From positions 2,830 through 66,829 of the forward strand of contig MCFE01000492.1 in assembly GCA_002104905.1 (NCBI GenBank): DNA of 64,000 nucleotides, read 5' to 3'. The DNA comes from Basidiobolus meristosporus CBS 931.73 (lineage: Eukaryota; Fungi; Basidiobolomycota). Under the pieces are notes generated by a model. The model made no database searches, was not told the DNA's origin, and saw nothing but the letters and a program-made list of their open reading frames with translations. The translations under genes and the position numbers were made by a program. Positions within the stretch are counted from its first letter, which is position 1. Every line of letters begins with the position of its first letter. Positions 48,976-60,577 of the stretch are shown here, in pieces.

Positions 48976-50580
48976 CTATTTCGTACACTAGGGTTATTGG
49001 ACCAGAAACCGCTTGTAGTGGCGATATCCCAAAAAAAGGGTAAATCATTACTGGCTCTACCGAGGTGGGTGGTCGATAATTCTGGTTTGAACAAGGATGC
49101 TAGCCCGCTTTATAAGCGTGTTACTACCTACGTTAGTGCTAGTCCTGAGGATGTAGTAGTATACGCGTAGCATAAACTAGTAGCTGTGAGGGTCGCAGCG
49201 CGACTCATCTCTACTCCCTTCAAAGGATATCAAGATTCTGGTGGCTAGTCATGTTCAAGGTAAAGAGACAAAAGCCACGCCCAAAGTGGTGTGAGCTTAG
49301 ATGATTGTATCGTATAATTTTCTCATTTTCTGACCTTATCATAGCCTGTAGCCAAACTCCATAATCTTCGTTCTTTCGTTATTTGGAAGATATGACTTGC
49401 ACTTTTTAATGTCTCGTGCAGCTAATCAATCATGAGCCAATTGCATGGTTGTTGATATTTTCGAAACTGAATTGCCCCACCAATTCTTGTCTATCATACT
49501 ACATTATTAACAATTGCTAGTTTGCACAAAATTACTCACGTATGTTTAATACCTATTTACACCAATGTACCGCAATGCCTTAAACATATTGTCAAGTGAA
49601 AATCAGTACTATTTTTAGGGTGAATGCTTCTGTGTCAATAGATGTACTATTTATCGGCAACTTGATGACACTACTTGTATAAGAAGGGATGATATTGCTA
49701 GCTTGCTTACTACTTTACTGTGTTGATATGTAGATGACATCAGCCTACGATGTTGTCCGTGATTTATCTGACCCGAGTCATTTCTTTCTCCTATGTTGTG
49801 TCCATTAGCAATCTGTGTGCTCGTCTACTTATTAATATTATACAAACAGTGAGTGGACAACAGCTAATATCAAATAGTCGATTCAAGGCTCAGCCAAGTA
49901 GTGGTGCATCTGAGGTACAAACCTGAAATCCACTTCATAACATACACCACAGCACCAATTGCTTTTCCGATTGCATATCTAAGAATATATTGCAGTTTGA
50001 ACCACCAAGTTCATTGGTATTACTGTCTCAGTAGGATAACATGTACGCATTCGTTTTTCAATGAATTACTGGTCTTGTATGTATGAGTCGAGTACTTTTG
50101 GTAATGTGTCACAATAACTTTCAGAGCCGTCTAGTTCGCCCCGAAACTCTGGCATTGTAGATATCGACTATGCCACTTCCTTAAACAACCAGTGCCTCTA
50201 GCTGGCTTGAGCTTTGTATGGCAGCTTTAGTTTAATCATTAGTTGATGATTACTCCTGCAATATTCTTATCCTCCGTAGTTACAAGGCGAGGCCAGCAGC
50301 TGGAAATGGCTGCGTGCTCAAAATCAATGCTACTGATATATATGAAGTCAAGCACAGTCTGGATATAGTATTGCAAGATATATCTGGCCCCCATTGTTTG
50401 AAATAGGCTGCTCAGGAATCGGGTGTAGTGGAATACATGCCAACACTTCTCTATTGATCAAATTTGAAACACTGATTACAACATACAACGGCTAAATACA
50501 TATTGGTTTCTACATTTAGTACATTCGTGGAGATGGGTTAGGGTTCAGTTGATAGATAGCACTTCAGAGATGGAGATAGA

Positions 50581-52128
50581 TTAGTAGAGTGCCTTGAAGT
50601 CGACCTTTAAGTCACGAATCTCCATTAGCCCAACGCCAGGTTTGGTCCTCAATCGATCAACGTGAATACTATCCTTTGGTAGGGACCACGTGTATTTTCT
50701 TAACAACATGCTTAATACTACACGCTGCTCAATCAGCGAGAAATTCATTCCCAAACAGCGGCGAGAGCCCCCACCAAATGGCATCCAAGAGTAAAGATAA
50801 TGCTCTACCTTCTCATCCAGGAAACGCTCGGGCATGAAGCTGTAGGGGTTATCCCAATTTTTTGGATTATGGTGCATGGAATAAATATGAATATTGACTG
50901 CAGTTCCCTCCGGGAGTACGAACTCTCCAAATTGAACCGACTTCATACAATGGCGAGGTATCACTTGAGAAGCGGATGGATTCAGGCGCATAGACTCTTT
51001 CATAATAGCAGTGATGAGCGGGAGTTCGTTTTGCTGCTGCTGGAAAGTTGGCCATATATCTTGTGGTTCATTACCCAATACCCGGATTGCTTCCTCACGG
51101 GCCTGCTGTTGGATCGTGGGATGAATGGCCAGATAGTAAATGGCAGACGCAAGAGCGTTTGCTGTGGTGTCGTGTCCAGCGATGAAAAACGCTACGACAT
51201 CGTTACGAATCTCTTCCGGAGTAAGCGCCTGGTTCTCCTCCTCTCCTGAAAGAACCATCAAGGTCACTAGATCGGCTTTCTGCGAGTCAGTGACTTTATT
51301 CTTGCGGATATTCTCAATCTTACTGTTGATAATCTCCATGATAAAGTCATTGAATCTCGCTAGTTCTGTTTGATATCCACGACGACCAACCAGCGGGAGG
51401 TTTTCTAAGTGCGGAAACATGGCGTAGAAAGGATTGCGGATCCCGGTCGTGATGTAATTATACAGTTGAACCAGGTCTCCTGCTTTGTTTTCAATAGAGT
51501 TGAAATCATAGTCAAAGATGATTTTCCCAAGAGCATCCAGTGTCATGCGCTGCATCAAGTCGGTTACAGAGACGGATTCATGGGTGTGCTCAATCTCTAC
51601 GATCAGCTTGGATACCAGCTCACCAAATGCCGCCGTGCTCCAAGAGCGATGGAACGCAGGGTTCGCCACCTGACGATGCCTCTTCCACTCTTTTCCGTTG
51701 GCCGAGGCTATGTTCACCTGTACAAGTTTGGCGCGTAATGTGTGTGGCAACTCTTTACTCATTTCGATCTTAGGGAAGGTGTCTATATCCATCAGGATCA
51801 CCTTAGCATAATCTGGATTTGATACTGAAACCATCCACCTCCCGAAAGAAAATTGCTTTCCAATCCCTTTTTCATTCAGGACAGGTACCAGGAGCTTGTC
51901 GAAACGCTCCAAGCCATCCATGGATCTCAACGTGGCTAGCAGGCTCTTCCAAAAGGGCACTGTTGGGATGTCGCGCAAGGCCGGAGGGCACCAGAGCTTG
52001 GTGTAGAAATGCCAGACAATGGCTAGGAAAAATGTGAGACCAATGATTGGAAGAGTTCCTTGATCCATGCTAAGCACCACTAGAAACTTGGTCGTTGAAT
52101 GAAATATACTGATTTGAAGTGGCGTCAT
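50581..52128 (-). CDS. Cytochrome P450, intronless, CYP509-like; real start may be 52068
   Basis: N-terminal TM anchor, I-helix FFIAGHDTT, ExxR (KESMR), PERF and heme-binding PFGGGSRRCLG motifs. Confidence 0.95.
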   Translation of the reverse strand: MTPLQISIFHSTTKFLVVLSMDQGTLPIIGLTFFLAIVWHFYTKLWCPPALRDIPTVPFWKSLLATLRSMDGLERFDKLLVPVLNEKGIGKQFSFGRWMVSVSNPDYAKVILMDIDTFPKIEMSKELPHTLRAKLVQVNIASANGKEWKRHRQVANPAFHRSWSTAAFGELVSKLIVEIEHTHESVSVTDLMQRMTLDALGKIIFDYDFNSIENKAGDLVQLYNYITTGIRNPFYAMFPHLENLPLVGRRGYQTELARFNDFIMEIINSKIENIRKNKVTDSQKADLVTLMVLSGEEENQALTPEEIRNDVVAFFIAGHDTTANALASAIYYLAIHPTIQQQAREEAIRVLGNEPQDIWPTFQQQQNELPLITAIMKESMRLNPSASQVIPRHCMKSVQFGEFVLPEGTAVNIHIYSMHHNPKNWDNPYSFMPERFLDEKVEHYLYSWMPFGGGSRRCLGMNFSLIEQRVVLSMLLRKYTWSLPKDSIHVDRLRTKPGVGLMEIRDLKVDFKALY

Positions 52129-53129
52129 CCACTGCTGGCTTATATACTTGTGAAAAGGATATCCGCAGTAATTGAGCCTCCAGATCTCTCTATGCGCACT
52201 GAGAGTTATTGAATGGACCTCAGCTCCAATGACTGGGTATCTATTGCTAAGATTGGCCGTGTATTACAGGTTGTAAGTCAAATACGAACTTCATCAGCCC
52301 CATAGCATAAAGCCGTGAATTCTCCCAACGTATTACATCATTCTCCAGCATCAGAACCATGCCACTGGCTTGCAGTCCGGAAACCACATACGCCGAATAT
52401 CCGACCAGTGTCCGAAACACTTGTGCATGCGTGGTTGAAAGCTACCCAATAGCGGAAAGCAGCGAGGTGTTTGAGACTGGTGCTCTAGCCTACAACTGTT
52501 GGAGTGATAGGAAACCTAACAAAGTGCAGCCATATTTAAGCCTGTTTGGCCTTGCGAATGTAAGTCATTCGATGTCATTTTCGAAAATGTCTCAATACAA
52601 GTTATCCTTATCAATATAGAATCCTCATTCTCTAGTCAACTTCTACCTAGACCTATGCATCATATTCCAAAATTCAAATCAACCATTCGCCACATCATGA
52701 ATTAATCAACAACAACTAGGGCGCTCCAGACTCCAAAGAGTTGTGAGATATGGTCAGGCTTGGGGATTCGATGCTTGAGCTGGGTAATGCGTTTGCCATG
52801 TGTATGATATGGCGCACAAGCTCGAACATGTAACATAGTGTGATTACACAAACTCTGCACTGCATTTGCGAATCTGGCAAGTGACAAGTTTAGAGTGCCA
52901 TGGGTCTTGAGTACCGAATACATGCTCCCGGCCCTTCCAAGCTTTTACACATCATGCACAGCATTGACTTCAAAAAAAAGGTTCAAAAATAGATGATCTC
53001 CAACACAGTTGGGTGAAACACAGGGACTACTTTGCATGAAGGTGTAGAACTATGTTTCAGAATGTGTAGATAAGTATAGGTCTGCTTTGTCCCTCTGGTA
53101 CACTATGGCACTGTCCAACAGAGCAAGTC

Positions 53130-53600
53130 AAAGTATATATACCACTTTGATATTCAATAAATCATGAAGTGAGAACCACATAACTGACTTGCTCTTCCAA
53201 TCAGGTACAATATCTCCTAAACCCTACAACAGGCTATGAGCCTCAAGTTGTCACTCTGGGGAATATATACTATTACAATTGCTGGAGTTTTCCCTCTGAT
53301 AAAAAGTAGGGTGGCTTTGACTACCAAGTCTGGAAGGTGAAGATAAAGATGATTCTACAAGATAATTCCTTTGAGATAATGTCACAGAAGAAGAATACTC
53401 TCCTAAATGTGTAGGAGAGAAATGTTAAAGCTGTGGCACTTATTGAATGGTGGATCTGATAGAGTTTCTTGTTGAGTATGAGGTTATGTTCAATATTGGT
53501 GTTGGGTATAGGGTCTTGTATTGGGCACTACAATCTAGGATTGAGTAATATCTCAAGACTCAATGGTAATAAACCAATCTGTATGGATGAAAAGTAAGGG
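53130..53600 (+). mobile_element. Copia 5' end 1: LTR 3' part (to 53231), PBS (53232-53243) and decayed gag N-terminus
   Basis: The LTR ends ctacaaca and is followed by GGCTATGAGCCT. The gag fragment DKK*GGFDYQVWKVKIKMIL is homologous to the copy at 54660. Confidence 0.75.
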
Positions 53601-53769
53601 CACTAGTAGAGTCAGTCAGCAAGGCATGTGAAAAAGAGACAATAGCCAATCAATATACACCAATGTAGGAGATGACTGCATGACAGGAATCAAAAAGTGA
53701 AAGAAATGGCAGAGAATCAATCAAAAGCAACTTGGCAAAAATGTTCATCTCAACAGTCCCTGAGTTTTT

Positions 53770-54380
53770 TTGGGGAATAGGGTGAAATTTTTCCCAACAA
53801 TTTTTGCACAGTATCCGAGTGGCATCATAACCACATTGCTTCCTTGGTGGCCATACATGCTGCTATATACTCTGCCTCTATGGTGGAAAGTTCTACTGTT
53901 GGTGGCTATCTTGAATTCCATGAAATTGCTCCTTTACAGTAAAGAAAAGTGTACCCTGTGGTGGATCACTGTCTTCTAAATTTTGTCCCCAATCAGCATC
54001 AGAGTATCCCACAGAATTCTTTTCTGAATCCTTATAGGTGTACCTTAAGCAGACATCAGCAGTTCCTTTTAGGTATCAAAAAATCATCTTAACTGCTGCA
54101 TTATGATCAGATCCTTTGCTGAGATTATGCTGGCTGACAACTCCAACTAAATATGAGATACCTGGATGGGTTCCAAGCATGATATACATCAGACTGCCAA
54201 ACATAGACTGGTAAGGGAATTCTGGGCTTTCAAGTGGCACCAAGCATCCTTGACTTGATTAAGTTTTGACCAAGTCAAGGTATGTCTCCATTGTGGTAGC
54301 TATTAGTTTACAGTCTTCCATTTGGTACTGCTTGAGTACATCTAAAATATATTTGGACTGTCTTAGGGTGATAGTCTGGG
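53770..54380 (-). mobile_element. Copia pol remnant: reverse transcriptase C-terminus and RNase H
   Basis: ITLRQSKYILDVL..Y.MEDCK, PYQSMFGSLMYIMLGTHPGISY, F*YLKGT, VGYSDADWG, GAISWNS and TVELSTIEAEYIAACMATKEAMWL, with in-frame stops and a frameshift. Confidence 0.92.
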
Positions 54381-55210
54381 AAAATCCTTGTTGGGATTAC
54401 TTAGAATATTTTCACCAAAATACCAGGTACCCAGAACATGAAAATTCTCAAAGTTGCTCAAACAGCCTCAAACCTTGTACACATGTTCTTAGGACCTTCC
54501 TTAGCCTATTCTACGTGTTTGTAATGCCAAGACTATGTAAAAGTATAAATACTACTCTCACATTCAATAAATCATTAAGTGAAAACCACATAATCTACTT
54601 GTTCTCCCAATCACTTCCAATATCTCCAAGACTCTTACAACATGTTATGAACTCCCTGCTATTACTGGAACTTCTCCCTTGGCTGAAAAGCTAAATGGAT
54701 CTAACTACCAACTCTGGAGGGTGAAGATGAAGATATGGCTGCCAGAAAGTGGCCTTGGTGATATTTTCATGGGAAAAAAAGCCCTCTTAAAGGTACAGGA
54801 GGAGTAGCCTCAAAGTACCAGAAGGAAGGACAAAGTGCCTTCAACTGCATATGTGTTGATGTTGAAGACAAACTGCTTACTCTATGCTAGAAAACAAAAT
54901 GGCAATAAATGCCAGGAAGGCATCTGAGGACACCTACCAGTCATGCCCAGCAGCTAAGCAAATGTATTTTTGTCAAATATTCTTCACTACAAGGATGTTT
55001 TGAAGGGAAGAAATGAAATTTCTAATCAACAAAACTACCCTATTGGTTGATGAGATGGGACCAGTGGGTGTACAAGCTACCAATGTATATGTGATGGTTA
55101 CCCTCATGAATGGCCCATCCAACATGCTTCAGGGCACTGTATCAGCCATAGAGTCCAGAATTGAAGATCTAATCTTAAAATACTCATGTGGAAAGCTCCT
55201 AGTTGAAGGA
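54381..55210 (+). mobile_element. Copia 5' end 2: truncated LTR (54381-54642), degenerate PBS and decayed gag
   Basis: The LTR ends tacaaca and is followed by TGTTATGAACTC. Gag fragments: AEKLNGSNYQLWRVKMKIWL, and MKFLINKTTLLVDEMGPVG...VMVTLMNG...VSAIE...GKLLVE (Copia gag UBN2-type). Confidence 0.85.
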
Positions 55211-55557
55211 TGTGTGGTATTTTTGTATTATATCTAGTTATTCAGTTAGCTTAGTCACTTGGATCATTACCTACAAATGTCAGGGAATCCTGACCAAATT
55301 CCTAGTTGGGATTTACTTGGAAAATTTTCACCAGATTATTAGTTACCCAAAAGATGAAATATCAAAAGGTTATCCAGACAGCCTTAAACTTTGCATATGT
55401 GCTCTTGAGACCTTCCTAAGCATATTTCACTTTTTTGTTTTGCCAAGACCATGTAAAAGTATAAGTACCACTTTTACATTCAATAAATCATTAAGTGAAA
55501 ACCACAAAATCTACTTGTTCTGCCAATCACTTCCAGTATCTCCAAAACTCTACAACA
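55211..55557 (+). mobile_element. Near full-length (about 350 bp) Copia LTR
   Basis: Starts TG(TGTGG) and ends (TACAA)CA, with an internal TATA-like gtataagt and caataaa; homologous to the other LTR copies. No target-site duplication is visible. Confidence 0.8.
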
Positions 55558-57828
55558 CATATTACATATATAAATACAACATTATGTTAAGAGACACCTT
55601 GTATATGTTACATGATTTTGGCAGTTTCTGGGGCTTTACCAACTTGTAAAATTAGCCAATGGTTTGTCAGATAGCTCAAAGACTCATAGGTTATGATCTA
55701 GTTGATACATAGATAGGAATCTAACAGGTGCAAGCACCAGGGATTTGACTAAGCAATTATTTCAAAATATTAATAGCGCTTACCAAGTGTGCATCTCCCT
55801 AGTAGGATTGCATTATAAGTGTCTTATTGACTCTAGGCCATTAGACTGCATAGCCATTCATTGCCTTTCAGATGGCAAACTTCCCTTGAAGAGAATTGTA
55901 TCAAGTATGGAGACTATTGGCCAATATTCAATATAATATAACTATCCCCGCACAGACCAGTGAGACAACTGTATCAAATCCTTCAAACTAAAATTAAATA
56001 TGCAGTGCTAACACAGTCAAAAGTCAAAACCTACGCACAGATATACATTTTGAAAGGTGCAAGTGAGATATCTAGAGTAAAAGAAGGGTAGTGTGATGGT
56101 CAGGAAATGCCGCATCCCTTTTTTGGATTCAATGCACTAGCCATTTCTGATTAATAAATGATTGGCCTTTATCTTCTGTTATTCTTCAAAATCTCCTGCT
56201 GATAGGATCAAGTGGAAAGATTGATATATTTGCTGGCTTTGTACTTAAGCCATAATAACAAAACCTACGTGATTTGATTACTCAAATCAGAGGATAGTTA
56301 GGAAGCTCAGTAACAGGGGATTTGTACTTGAATGGAACCGCTAGCCCTCACAGCCTGAACAATTCTACAAGGATAGTTTAAACAACATATGGAAAGTCAG
56401 GTATCATTAATGATGTTCACGAGTTGAGGAATAGGGTCCACTATTGGCATGAACCAATCACCATTCATGAAACCAAAGTGACATTCACATATAATCAGAA
56501 CCACTTCAGCATGTTGCCATCTGCGCTGGCCAAGGGCAAAGCGTATATAGGGCTTATCCAATAGCATTACATATTTATATGCTGTTATAGTCTGTCAGGT
56601 TATCTAGATCCTTACCAATAAACTACCAACTGAACAGAGGTTGAAAGGTAGGAAGCAACGTCTAATTGACTTCATCTATTAGGCTCAGGTGCCAAACCAA
56701 TCTAGATGATTTTGAGACCAATGTTTAACAAATATATTAGTGCCAATGAAAGGAAGAAATTTGCATCAGGAAAGTCTAACGAAGGGAAGTAGTGTTCACA
56801 AGAGGATGATGTCCGCACAAATTTACATGACATCTTTGCGCGGGGATCATGCTCTGTTTATTGCAAATATCAGAGGCCCCAAAAGACTTAACACCAAATG
56901 CGGCGAGGAAAGATGGGCATGCCGAACAACATTAGCAAGCAAGCTTTCTGATATATCGGATGTATATAAGGAGCTAGAGAGGCCAGTGTGGCTAAACCAT
57001 CTACTACAAAATCTGAGAAACAAACAAATCATGCATCCATATCAAGAACTGATCAGTTAGGGTCAACTCTCGTAACATGTATGCCCAATCAGTAAAATGT
57101 ACATGAAAATCGAGTGATTGTGATGGAAATGATGCAACGATTTAGTAAGAGGATTAGGTATATAACCCCAAGTAGAGACGAAGCTCCATCCCACTGTTCG
57201 CACCCACATCACTACCCGTGTCCAGCATGCTAGTGTTTCTGAAGGAAAGCAATTATTATAACTTCCCAGTGACATCCCCACCCTCGTCCCCACCGACACT
57301 TCTATGCGTATATAGACCTAAATAAACCTGAGCCCTGGGCCTAACCAGAATTCAATATATTGTAAGTGTCGAATCACTCATCCCATGTTAACATCAACCG
57401 TATGATCCCGAGTTTGATAAATGGAAAGACTATCAACGAGGATTCATTTAAGTGACTAAGACAGCCTTAGTGGCAAATTCCTTCGCTCAACCTCCCATTT
57501 ATCATGCTTCCACTTCACCCACTCGTCTAGTGTAATGACTGACAATGCTACAATGCCCTTATAGCATTCACTAAATGCTCTATTTTTGATCATATGAATA
57601 CGGAATGTCCATTGAAATCAATTTCCATGCAACCATCCATAGTAAACACTGCCCCAATAAGGCAACAAGTACATCGTTGATGTGGAAGAGATTGATATCA
57701 CTAAACTATGTTTAACGTGACGGCGAGGCTCCTTGACACCTTGTGCTAAAACCTAATGTATATTATAATTCTTCAGACCTATAAAGGCGCGGATCAGAAG
57801 CTCTTCTGGGTTGCCATTAATTGCCAAC

Positions 57829-58467
57829 ATGAGCTTGGAAGACACCTCCCACACCTACTGTGATGATACACCCAGTCCTGTAGCTGAGAGCTACGAAATT
57901 GACCAGCTCTTAAGGACCTTTGACCAGGAGGCCACCATATCCAGAAATATGAATGGCCGGGCGGTTAAAGCGAAGCGAAAACGCGCCAACTCCCATCAGA
58001 TTAAAATGCTGAATCAAATACTCAAACACAACAACTTTCCCTCGAAGGAACTGCGGGAAAAGATAGCTCAGAAAGTTGGCATGCACCCTAGAAGTGTTCA
58101 GATATGGTTCCAAAACAAAAGGCAGGAGATGAAGAAGAAGTCCCAACCAAGCGAAGTGATTTTGTCCGACATTAATTATCCACACGAGGCAGCAGGAGAG
58201 CAATCACCAGCCCCAATCGAGCCTGTGAAAGGTATTAAGCTGCCACCTATATCGAATCTGTTCATAACCAGCGACAAGTATGTGGCATACATTCGCAACG
58301 ACTTTATATCCCGTTCGCACAGGCATCCCTTTCCTTGTCTACTTCAAAGGCACGCCATCCCAAAACTTAAATTACCTATTCGATCGGTGACTGACAGAAA
58401 CCCATGCCAAATCAACCTTAGGCAAGATCTTCTCGAGCTTCAAGCTCCACTAGAGTTTCGGTTATAA
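57829..58467 (+). CDS. Homeodomain transcription factor; 3' end may be spliced
   Basis: KAKRKRANSHQIKMLNQILKHNNFPSKELREKIAQKVGMHPRSVQIWFQNKRQ, plus a downstream IKLPPISNL motif. Confidence 0.88.
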   Translation: MSLEDTSHTYCDDTPSPVAESYEIDQLLRTFDQEATISRNMNGRAVKAKRKRANSHQIKMLNQILKHNNFPSKELREKIAQKVGMHPRSVQIWFQNKRQEMKKKSQPSEVILSDINYPHEAAGEQSPAPIEPVKGIKLPPISNLFITSDKYVAYIRNDFISRSHRHPFPCLLQRHAIPKLKLPIRSVTDRNPCQINLRQDLLELQAPLEFRL

Positions 58468-58907
58468 CATTACCAATCGATCTATTCCCAAGATAAAAAG
58501 AAACCCAACGTAAACTTGGGATTTCCCACCCCAAGCGCCTTTAATTCTCCAAAACCCATCAAAATATTATTATTCCGTTAAACGCAGAATTAAACTTCAT
58601 CAGTGCGGTTATATCATGTTCCGAACAACCTATATGAAGAGCAAAAACTTGGAGGCTTGGGCTTATCAGTAGTACAGAGCAACGAACATGGATTAATCTT
58701 TGTGGGCTCGTATATTTAATCCTTGGATAGTAAATACAGGAACATGAAGGCAGCATATGAGGAGAATTGGAGTGAATAAATGATGTGTGAAGACTGGACA
58801 TTCTCAAGAGAAACCTGAAAATAATCGAGAGCAAGAACATGAAGTGGAGGTACTCTAATGTAGGTTATTTAATGTGTTATATATATGCGAACCACGCAAA
58901 TCATGGC

Positions 58908-59327
58908 TTAATAGTTGAAACCATGGGATCTTTCAACCACAAAACCTCTAGCTGCCTTGACCCTAGTCTCATGAGGTTGCTTTACGTTGTGGACCTTCAA
59001 GAGCTCCTTCAATTTCAAAATAGTACCAGCAACGTCGGGGGTTTGTGGTCTAAATATGGTCTGTTGGAGTTTTCTGAAACCAAGTGCCTTTACGGCTCTG
59101 CGGGTTTTGGGGTGGAGGCCAATTGGAGAGCGAATCAAAGTGATTTTGAAAAAGCCGGCGGGTTGGATTTTTTCTCCGCTATCCACAACTTTCTTGGCAT
59201 CCTTAGACAGCCATTTGTAAGCGTTCTGGGCCTTTTGTCTGGCATACTCCTGCTCGGGGAGCTTCTGCACAGAGCTGGTTACGCGTGGTGCAATACGTTC
59301 AGCAAGAAGGGTTCTAGTTGCGTTCAT
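58908..59327 (-). CDS. MRPL33: Mitochondrial ribosomal protein uL30m
   Basis: FFKITLIRSPIGLHPKTRRAVKALGFRKLQQTIFRPQTPDVAGTILKLKELLKV, with C-terminal GFVVE. Confidence 0.92.
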   Translation of the reverse strand: MNATRTLLAERIAPRVTSSVQKLPEQEYARQKAQNAYKWLSKDAKKVVDSGEKIQPAGFFKITLIRSPIGLHPKTRRAVKALGFRKLQQTIFRPQTPDVAGTILKLKELLKVHNVKQPHETRVKAARGFVVERSHGFNY

Positions 59328-59755
59328 GGTTGAATAAGAGGGTAGAAAGGTCCTGCAGCGAAGAAGTATCGCTCAAAGATGGACTATCAATAGAAGAAAT
59401 CCCCAAGTCAATAGAATTTTTTCCCTGCAAGCGAAGCTCCAAATGAGAGTTGTAAGATCTGATTGGATACTCCATGGCTGACCTTTGCTGATTAAAATTA
59501 CCACTTGTATGGGTAAAGTGTCGGATTTAATCCGAACTATGACAAGGTACAACACTAGTGTAAAAACACAAATGGCATTCACATTGAAAACGAGTGATTA
59601 CGGACAGAGTAATCAACCATAGAGCAACGAAATGCAAGCACTCACTCAGAGTAAAACATCAATCAACTTCCATGAAACATGCATACTTTATTGAGAGAAG
59701 ACAATCTAAGCCGGCAAATTAAGGTTAATTAGATGCAGAGAGGATTTTTGGATTC

Positions 59756-60094
59756 TTAAGCGGAAGCGGTTTGCTTTTGAGCTTGAGTACCCTCACGGAA
59801 ACCATTCTTGAAGCGACGAGAAACGTTCTTAAGATATCTCATACGACCAGTACCGGTAGTCTTTCTACGCTTGGCCTTTTGGCCCCAGTTGAAGCTGCGG
59901 ATCTTAGCGGCGGGGTATCCACAAGAGGCGCAAGTCTTCTTCTGGTTGTGGAAAGAGCGCTTGCCACAACGACGGCAGAGAGTGTGACTCTTGGTGTGGC
60001 GTTTACCAAAACTTTGGGTACCCTTGGTCTAAATTCATATAAGTTGGATGAGTAACGGCCCTTGTCAACAAGATGGATGGGTGGTGCATACCAT
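59756..60094 (-). CDS. RPL37: 60S ribosomal protein eL37, with an ATG-only first coding exon; absent from the ORF track
   Basis: Exon 59756-60028 reads [49 protein letters not shown]...*. ATG at 60092-60094 is followed by GTATGC, giving a 63-nt intron. Confidence 0.95.
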
Positions 60095-60577
60095 GACGGA
60101 TGGGAGATATCAAAACAATCGCAGATGGGTTCTGGAAAAGAAGGAACTCATCACATGTGCATTCGTTTATGAATATTCTTGGATTGGTGATTGGTGATCC
60201 AATGATCCATCCAATCGTAGATGTTTGTGAATAATAAGTCAATCCTGGTTAGATATGTCGGGAATTAATCACATGGTCAAGCAAATGGAGAAGCGACCCT
60301 TGAAAGTCGGTCCTGGTTAACCTGAATTGTGAAATTTAGTTTTGAAATCAATATCAAGTATGTCGACTGTTAGTCATGCAAATGTAGAAGGAAGACATTT
60401 TTATTTAACAAAATGTGTCTAAAAATGCTATACATTGGAGCAATCAAGGCTATCAGAAATTATCTGGCACGTTGGGCTATTGGTTGATGATAAATTGAAA
60501 GTAAAATAAATGCGCTGTTGCTGGAACTTGGTGTGAATGAATGGAAATTTGATTAAATGACTGGCTTAGTGAGCTGC

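Noticed and set aside
55745-55936. CLIDS motif resembling a retroviral aspartic protease
   Set aside because: A single short motif without supporting context; the region is CpG-poor and may be TE-derived, but it cannot be assigned.
57829-58467. Mating-type locus interpretation of the homeobox gene next to TEs
   Set aside because: No partner HD or HMG gene and no typical flanking genes in the window.
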